Below, piece by piece: positions 39,721 through 45,869 of a stretch of DNA of 45,869 bases. Position numbers and translations under genes: made by a program. Under the pieces are notes generated by a model. It saw only the letters and a list, made by a program, of their open reading frames with translations. It made no database searches and was not told the DNA's origin. Within the stretch, counting starts at the first letter, position 1, and each line of letters begins with the position of its first letter. Source of the DNA: an uncultured Verrucomicrobiales bacterium (GTDB lineage: Bacteria; Verrucomicrobiota; Verrucomicrobiia; Verrucomicrobiales; DEV007); the NCBI GenBank assembly GCA_938091905.1, contig CALKOM010000056.1, forward strand, positions 1 through 45,869, written 5' to 3'.

Positions 39721-41331
39721 TCACGCACGAACAGTGCGGAGCGAGGGCAACCTAAGGGTTCGGTTTCTTGCACGCAAGTACAGAAAGAGGCCCCCGAGGA
39801 CAAGAAAGATGGCATTGGAGAGCCACGCAGCTAGGGCTGGGCTTAGGTAGCCGCTCTTGCCCAGGGCAAGGAACAGCTCCGTTAGAAAGAGCACAGCGCC
39901 GAATACAAAAACAGCCGAGGCGACACCGCCCAGAAGCCCCTTGCGTGAAAACGTGATTCCTAGCGGAGCGGCGACGAAGAGGATGGCGAAGCATCCCCAC
40001 GGGGCTGCCCAACGGTGATAAAGATTCGTTAGGAACGGCCGAGGGGGCTGAAGGCCATCGCGAGCACTCGTCTGCACATACGAGAGGAGACCAGGCACAC
40101 CTAAATGATCGGGATCCATGCGCTGGTTCACCAATTGCCAGGGGGTCTCCGACCAGTCCGTCTCGACGTGGTAAGGCGAGTAGACGGTTGTCGGGGCGAG
40201 GCCATCGTTAGTGAACTTGGTTTCGAGTGTGCGATGGAACGTCCATTTTCTCGTAGAGCTGTCCCAGGTGGCAGAGGACGCCTGGAGGGACCGGATACGC
40301 CGATTGTCAGCGCCCTGCTCCTGAATGTCTACGAATCGCAGCTCTTCGGTTTCTCCATCGCTATCGCCGTAATAAGGAATCTCACCAATGTACCAGGTGC
40401 GGTTATCCCGCTGATTAACGAAGAGGTGCTTCGTCGCACTCGTGGTCTTCTTGTCGTCTCCGCTAAACTGATCTAGCAAAGATTCCTTCGTGCCTTCGCC
40501 TTGCGGTGCCAACTGATAGTTGAACACAAGATAGACGAAGGAAATGTAGATGCCCGCACAGAAGAGGGGAAGAAGCGTGCGGCCCAAGCTGCGCCCAGAG
40601 ACGAGCATGGCAATGAATTCGTTAGATTTGGAGAAGCCGCTGAGGGCATAGACGGTCGCAATGAGAACGGCAACCTCGGCAATCTTAGTGAAGATGTGTG
40701 GAATCTGCACAAAGTAGAAATTCAGAATGTCACGGAATGCGGGGCGATGCTCGCGGAAGTCTGACAAGTTGTCGTTGAGATCGAAGATCAGCCAGATGGA
40801 GAAGAAAGCGATCAGGCAGAAGAAGAAGGGTGCCAGGAATTGTCTTAGCACATAGCGGTCTAACAAGGTTGTTCGTTGAAACCCCCACAAGGCAGCGATC
40901 GGGCTGAGAAGCCCGGCCATGATGAGGTAGCGCCCCACGGTATAGGCGCCGGGTACAGGAATACTGCCGATCTGGCTCATCGCGGAGGTTGAGGATTCCT
41001 GATCGCCAAGGTGCCAGGCAAGAGCTGCGGGAACACAGATAAGACCGGCACCGAGCAATTGGAACCAACCGCGAGTCCGGATCACCAGAATCACGAGACC
41101 CGGCAACATTAGGAGGAGAGTTTGGGTGATCTGCAGAGACACCTGATTGGGAACATCCTCCCGCCTATCCGTTAAGTAGCCCATCGCGGCAGCAGCAGCC
41201 CCCAGAATGAGAGCCGCAGGGATGATCCACGAGTTCTTCATAAAGACACCCCGCATCGCCTGACGTATGCGCATCCAGAAGGGTAACTTCGGAGCCGGAA
41301 CATTGGTCGGAGGCGGATCGGAGGGCGTCAT
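39721..41331 (-). CDS. LptF/LptG family LPS export permease with extra N-terminal TM region
   Basis: LDRYVLRQFL.PF, SKSNEFIAM..SG.S, HRWAAPW.CF and LSPALAAWLSN motifs. Confidence 0.9.
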   Translation of the reverse strand: MTPSDPPPTNVPAPKLPFWMRIRQAMRGVFMKNSWIIPAALILGAAAAAMGYLTDRREDVPNQVSLQITQTLLLMLPGLVILVIRTRGWFQLLGAGLICVPAALAWHLGDQESSTSAMSQIGSIPVPGAYTVGRYLIMAGLLSPIAALWGFQRTTLLDRYVLRQFLAPFFFCLIAFFSIWLIFDLNDNLSDFREHRPAFRDILNFYFVQIPHIFTKIAEVAVLIATVYALSGFSKSNEFIAMLVSGRSLGRTLLPLFCAGIYISFVYLVFNYQLAPQGEGTKESLLDQFSGDDKKTTSATKHLFVNQRDNRTWYIGEIPYYGDSDGETEELRFVDIQEQGADNRRIRSLQASSATWDSSTRKWTFHRTLETKFTNDGLAPTTVYSPYHVETDWSETPWQLVNQRMDPDHLGVPGLLSYVQTSARDGLQPPRPFLTNLYHRWAAPWGCFAILFVAAPLGITFSRKGLLGGVASAVFVFGAVLFLTELFLALGKSGYLSPALAAWLSNAIFLVLGGLFLYLRARNRTLRLPSLRTVRA

Positions 41332-41452
41332 GCGCGAGGCGACCTTGAACGGCGTTCTCTCAAGGTTCAATCGCGAAGATGGGTCAGTTCAACTTCTTGA
41401 AACTGGCCCGTTGACAGTATCAAGATCTAGAGTGATTAGAGGATTCGAAGAC

Positions 41453-41524
41453 GCCGGAGTAGCTCAGGGGTAGAGCAATTCACTCGTAATGAATAGGTCG
41501 TCGGTTCAATTCCGACCTTCGGCT
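41453..41524 (+). tRNA. tRNA-Thr (CGT), CCA not encoded
   Basis: GCCGGAG TA GCTC AGGGGTA GAGC A ATTCA CTCGTAA TGAAT AGGTC GTCGG TTCAATT CCGAC CTTCGGC T folds as a cloverleaf. TTGACA upstream at 41411. Confidence 0.96.
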
Positions 41525-41629
41525 CTCCTCACCCAAGATTTGGGCTGGTGGCTGAGTTCCTAAGGTCAGGTCCTGGCTCTGTGAAAGTTCGCGGATTCGC
41601 CAAAAATAGTGTTTTGTGGCACGGCCGAC

Positions 41630-42183
41630 GACCAGGTGGCACTGTCAAGATCCGGGACGAAGGTATGGTTGGTTCACCAGCGCTAGAGAGCGGAGGCGTG
41701 ACAGCGGTACGGAGATCAAAGGCGGACGGCTGAGGGGTGAAGTTGTGACATTTCTGAGGGTTGGTGTTTGGACGCGCTTAACCTATCAAATAACCTTGTG
41801 TTCTATTCAGGAATTCTATGGGGGCGTAAGTTGCCGACTTTGGCACGTGATCGACTGCTTACTGAACGGGATAGAACACTGAAGGAACAGCGGGGCAGAA
41901 AGCGAATGCGTTCGCGGAGCACTACGTGGAAACGATCAAGGAAGAATGCCTTTGAACTATGATTCTGATAGGTCAACATTGAGGGGAGCGGCTGGGTAAT
42001 TCTGCGCGCATTACCATTAGGAGGAGAATGACCAAGGATTGGAAGACAGGCTTAATGATCCCGAGTTCACTTCGACAAGTAAGGGTGCGTTGACTGTCGA
42101 GAGCTGTCAGGCGGATTGCTTCGCTACGATTACCCGGATGTAGCAAGAATGCGGAGCGCTTACGAATTTCCGGATACTACGGG
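41630..42183 (+). pseudogene. Heavily decayed integrase-core (rve) transposase with probable right end
   Basis: Fragments in shifting frames: FLRVGVWT (cf. DFFTVEVWT), NAFAEHYVETIKEECL, HYH.EENDQGLE and GGLLRY.Y, followed by CGAATTTCCGGATACTACGGG. Confidence 0.7.
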
Positions 42184-42460
42184 GGGGTATACCTCCTTCA
42201 GGGAATCTCTATGACATCGAAGCTTATGCCGATTCAATGTCAGCTTAAGCTGCAGAGATCGTCCTCAACGCAGGAACTCATTTTGAGCTTGTTCGTCTCC
42301 GCTTCATTCACTTGGAACGGCTTGTGAAGCTCAAGCTTGTCAAATTAACGCCTGGAAATAGAAGAGTCTCAGGTGTGGGGCTACTTATAGATGGTTTGGG
42401 CTTTCGATTTGCCCGCGAATTCCGTAGGAGCATTGGCGCTCTCGGTCTCCTTAATCCATC

Positions 42461-43459
42461 ATGCTCAGCAAATTTCTTAATCCTCTAGTTGGCCTTATAA
42501 TTCTTGTCTTTTCAATCGTGTTATGGTTGCAGCGCGATGAGATTCGGCAATTTCTAGAAGGTGAAGTTGTTGTGGCCGAGCCGCTGACGGTTGGAACGAA
42601 TGTCTGGCCTGGCTATGAGCCTCTCTACTTGGCGCGTAATCTTGGTTATTACGATGATAGCATTCGGCTCGTCGAGTACTCATCAGCCACGGAGGTCCTT
42701 CGAGCGATTCGCAACAAGCTTATAGATGTTGCCACGCTCACACTTGATGAGGTGCTGCTGCTTCGTCAGAGTGGTGTTGATGTGAGGATTGTTCTCGTGA
42801 CGGACATTTCTAATGGCGGTGATGTGATTGTTGCTAGGCCTGGCATCGAATCACTCGCGGATTTGAAAGGGCGCAAGGTCGGTGTGGAGAGTACCGCTTT
42901 GGGAGCTTACGTCCTCACGCGCGCCTTGCAGAAGGTAGGGCTAACCCCGGCTGATGTCCAAGTGGTTCCTATCGAGGTGGGTAGTCATTATATGGCGTAT
43001 ACAGATAACGTTATGGATGCCGTGGTCACGTTCGAGCCTGTGCGCAGCCAACTCCTCAGAGACGGGGCGCATTTGGTATTCGACAGCTCACAAATCCCCG
43101 GTGAGATCGTCGATGTGGTGGTTGTCCGAGAGGAAGTCCTTGCTGGGAAGGAAGAGCAGATCCAAGGGCTCATCAGTGGCTGGTTCAAAGCGCTAACGTA
43201 TTTGTCAGTGAATCCTAATGAGGCCAGTAAACGGATGACTGGGCGGCTCAATCTATCTCCAGAAGAAGTGCTGGCCTCTTATGAAGGTCTCATTCTACCC
43301 GATCCAGAGGGAAACTTGGACATGTTTGACGAGTCCCAAGCATTGTCGCTTATCCAGACTGCGAAGAATTTGACCACTATTATGATTGAGGCGAATCTAT
43401 TAGATAGGTCACCCAGCGTGTTGATCGCTCCGCAGTTCGTGCAGGATCTAAGGCGATGA
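42461..43459 (+). CDS. Membrane-anchored NMT1/SsuA/THI5-like solute-binding protein
   Basis: VGTNVWPGYEPLYLAR, TLTLDE, DISNGGD, DLKGRKVGVE, DAVVTFEP and PGEIVDV motifs. Confidence 0.9.
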   Translation: MLSKFLNPLVGLIILVFSIVLWLQRDEIRQFLEGEVVVAEPLTVGTNVWPGYEPLYLARNLGYYDDSIRLVEYSSATEVLRAIRNKLIDVATLTLDEVLLLRQSGVDVRIVLVTDISNGGDVIVARPGIESLADLKGRKVGVESTALGAYVLTRALQKVGLTPADVQVVPIEVGSHYMAYTDNVMDAVVTFEPVRSQLLRDGAHLVFDSSQIPGEIVDVVVVREEVLAGKEEQIQGLISGWFKALTYLSVNPNEASKRMTGRLNLSPEEVLASYEGLILPDPEGNLDMFDESQALSLIQTAKNLTTIMIEANLLDRSPSVLIAPQFVQDLRR

Positions 43460-45408
43460 GTCGTAGGTACAAGCGTTCTTTCGAGGTTTTAACTGGCCTG
43501 ATTCCCATTTGGCTCCTCGTCCCTTTGTTGTTGACCTTCTTTGTCATCATTGTGGGTCTATGGAATTACATGAGCACTCGCCGTGTGGTGGAAGCTAGCA
43601 TTGAGCGAGAAGCCGCACGCGATCTCACTCTAGACATGACGCGGTTACAGACCGCCCTGGAAAAAGCAGCTCAGTTGGGCGCGACCACTTGGACGCAAGA
43701 TCAGTTAGCCGCCTTTGGCGCTGATACTCATGGGTTGTTGGCGTTGCTATCGGATGAGACGGGCCATGTCTTGGCTTCGGCGACCCGAGCACACCTAGGC
43801 AAACCGGTAAGCTCAGCGCTTCCAGAGGCTTTGAAGAGGGCAGAAATCTATCAGGCCGACAGTTTATCGAGAACCCTCATAACCCGGGCTGGTTTCGTCG
43901 AGGTTCTCAATGAAGGGAGTGTGATTGCTGGAGTGTATCCCGTACTTTTGGGGGCGGCACAGGGCGAGTTGCGCCCCAATCGAATAGGTCATGTGTTCAT
44001 TGCTAGAAACCTAGACGTCCTTAAATCGCAAAAATTCATGGGATCGCAACGGCGAGCGGCTCACATTGGTCTCGTACTCTTTTTCTCGGCGCTGGCCACT
44101 AGTCTCCTATTGCATTGGCTGGTGGCCAGGCGTCTTGTGCGTATCGCTAAAGCTGCCGATCAGTTGGCAACGGGAGATTTGACGGTTCGTTCTGGTGTGA
44201 GTGGTAGAGATGAAATTGCTCTTCTCGGTCACTCGTTCGATGCCATGGTGACCAACTTGGAGCAGCATGAAGCAGCTCTTGTTGAAAGTGAGGAACGTCA
44301 TCGTAGTCTCTTTGAAAACGCGGTGGAGGGTATCGTGACTATGGGCGAGGATCGGATCATCCGATCGATGAACCCGGCTGCGCAGGGATTGTTTGGTTAT
44401 CAAGAGGAAGAAGTCATTGGGAAAAATGTGAAGATGTTTATGCCCTCACTGTATCAGGAAGAGTATGATAGTTGTGTAAAAAATTTCATCAAGGCAGGTA
44501 AGAAGAAGATAATCGGCAATGGCCGTGAAGTGACTGGGAAACGCAAGGATGGCACTACCTTTCCGCTTGAGCTCTCCGTGGTTGAGTTAGAGCTATCGAA
44601 TGAGCGCCTGTTCACAGGCATCTTGCGAGACATCACCGACAGGAAACGCTTGGAAGATGAACGACTGCGGATCAACGAGCACTTGGAAGAACTGGTCCAA
44701 GCGCGGACGCAAGCACTTAAAGATGCTCAAGAGACCTTGGTGCGTAAAGAGCGTTTAGCGACACTGGGGCAACTTGCAGGAAGCATTGCTCATGAGATCC
44801 GTAACCCATTGGGAATTGTTCGGAACGCCACCTACTATTTGGAACAAGTTTCCAAAGATCAAGACAAGGAAATGTTAGAAAGCCGCGCTGAGATCCAGCG
44901 GGGTCTTACGAGAGTGGATCGCATCATCTCCGAGCTGCTCGATTATGCGCGCGATTCGCAAGTAAATCATCAGGAATTTGCGCTATCGGATGTGATTGAA
45001 GATGCATTTGCTGGAGTCGAGATCCCACCCAATGCCATTGTGAATGCACCTATTCCGTCCCCGTCGTTAATATGCTACGGTGACTCCGACCAGATCAGCC
45101 GTATTCTTAAGAATCTAGTCATCAATGCACTCCAAGCCATGCCTGATGGGGGTACGTTGACCATGCATTACTCAACTAGCGGTGACGGGAAGGCCATGGT
45201 TGAAGTAAAGGATACAGGGGCTGGGATGACGAAGGAGCAATTAGCAAAGATCTTCGAACCTCTCTTCACCACGAAGACGCTGGGCATTGGCTTGGGACTT
45301 GCATTGTCACTGCGTTATGCCGAATTGAATAACGGATCTCTTACAGCAGAAAGCATCCTGGATCGAGGATCTACCTTTCGTCTGACTATTCCAAGAGTAA
45401 ACGCATGA
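43456..45408 (+). CDS. Sensor histidine kinase (TM-periplasmic-TM-HAMP-PAS-HisKA-HATPase)
   Basis: HAMP (GRDEIALLGHSFDAM), PAS (NPAA..LFGY..EEVIG; RKDGTTFP), H-box AHEIRNPL, N-box NLVINALQAM, DTGAG, FTTK and GLGL. ATGA overlap with the SBP gene. Confidence 0.95.
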   Translation: MSRRYKRSFEVLTGLIPIWLLVPLLLTFFVIIVGLWNYMSTRRVVEASIEREAARDLTLDMTRLQTALEKAAQLGATTWTQDQLAAFGADTHGLLALLSDETGHVLASATRAHLGKPVSSALPEALKRAEIYQADSLSRTLITRAGFVEVLNEGSVIAGVYPVLLGAAQGELRPNRIGHVFIARNLDVLKSQKFMGSQRRAAHIGLVLFFSALATSLLLHWLVARRLVRIAKAADQLATGDLTVRSGVSGRDEIALLGHSFDAMVTNLEQHEAALVESEERHRSLFENAVEGIVTMGEDRIIRSMNPAAQGLFGYQEEEVIGKNVKMFMPSLYQEEYDSCVKNFIKAGKKKIIGNGREVTGKRKDGTTFPLELSVVELELSNERLFTGILRDITDRKRLEDERLRINEHLEELVQARTQALKDAQETLVRKERLATLGQLAGSIAHEIRNPLGIVRNATYYLEQVSKDQDKEMLESRAEIQRGLTRVDRIISELLDYARDSQVNHQEFALSDVIEDAFAGVEIPPNAIVNAPIPSPSLICYGDSDQISRILKNLVINALQAMPDGGTLTMHYSTSGDGKAMVEVKDTGAGMTKEQLAKIFEPLFTTKTLGIGLGLALSLRYAELNNGSLTAESILDRGSTFRLTIPRVNA

Positions 45409-45461
45409 GTGCTGAACTAACTGACATTCGTGCGTGGATAGGAGGCCGGAGATCGTGTGGG

Positions 45462-45536
45462 ACTCTGTGCCGCATTCTTCGTGGTCTCAGACAATTCTAC
45501 TCTGTGACGCATTCTTCGCGGTCTCAGATTACTCTG
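45462..45536. repeat. 30-bp direct repeat x2 (37-bp period) plus partial third copy; each unit imperfectly palindromic
   Basis: ACTCTGTGCCGCATTCTTCGTGGTCTCAGA (45462-91), ACTCTGTGACGCATTCTTCGCGGTCTCAGA (45499-528) and ACTCTG (45531-36). Confidence 0.85.
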
Positions 45537-45739
45537 GTTGAGCTTCCCTGTTTAAATGAGGCGTTCATCTGACGTTGCTCCTGGGCTTTCAAAAAACACA
45601 TTGTCTTTAGTGGGATGCCAAAGATACATACTATCAAGCTGATCAAGGGTTGGTTGGTCGAGGTTTCGGTAGGTGCGGCTGTCGCAATGGTTTGTAAGGG
45701 GCTGTTAGTTTGAGGTTCTTCGGGGTATCCGCACAGCCT

Positions 45740-45868
45740 TCATTCGGAAGCGGAGTGGTGTGACACACCTCTTGCCCGCCGAGGGCGCTGTCTTCGGCCA
45801 ATCGCATAGAGTGCCGTACCAAATCCCAATAAGAAAGCGTTCGCAGGTTCGGGAATAGCAACGGCGTA
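45740..45868 (-). CDS. PEP-CTERM sorting-domain protein, 3' end only
   Basis: Manual translation YAVAIPEPANAFLLGFGTALYAIGRRQRPRR...SE* shows IPEP, a hydrophobic helix and an Arg cluster. The frame differs from the listed 45643-45861 ORF. Confidence 0.85.
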   Translation of the reverse strand, partial: YAVAIPEPANAFLLGFGTALYAIGRRQRPRRARGVSHHSASE

Positions 45869-45869
45869 G

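Noticed and set aside
45462..45536. Possible mini CRISPR array
   Set aside because: Only two full repeats separated by 7 nt, far too short for a spacer, and no cas genes in the window.
45643..45861. Listed 72-aa minus-strand ORF
   Set aside because: Wrong frame. The PEP-CTERM-encoding frame ending at 45740 explains the region.

Overview
Bacterial chromosomal segment, most likely PVC superphylum / Verrucomicrobiota. This is inferred from two PVC-type heme-binding CxxCH giants, a PEP-CTERM tail, an exosortase/EpsI relic, a 3D-domain protein and an ECF-sigma relic of the Verrucomicrobia/Planctomycetes type. A roughly 41-kb mostly housekeeping core (EamA, BtpA, YyaL, tesA-ybbA-ybbP, a Mn/Zn/Fe ABC system with mntR, pckG, hpt, moaD, spmAB, htpX, queD-like, lptF/G) lies between two outward-pointing tRNAs: tRNA-CAT at 565-639 (-) and tRNA-Thr(CGT) at 41453-41524 (+). 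Accessory DNA lies beyond each tRNA 3' end. On the left are an IS21 end with the istA start and putative integrase arm repeats. On the right are a decayed integrase-core transposase, a transporter-less solute-binding protein coupled to an orphan histidine kinase, a tandem palindromic repeat and a PEP-CTERM gene tail. The least explained signal is the 700-bp gap between convergent ybbP and mntD (15348-16054). It holds a sigma70-like promoter, a 6C-like twin hairpin with C-rich loops and a ~183-nt rod-shaped RNA with many G-U pairs on the + strand (6S-like or novel). All calls were made by eye, with no database searches or folding software.
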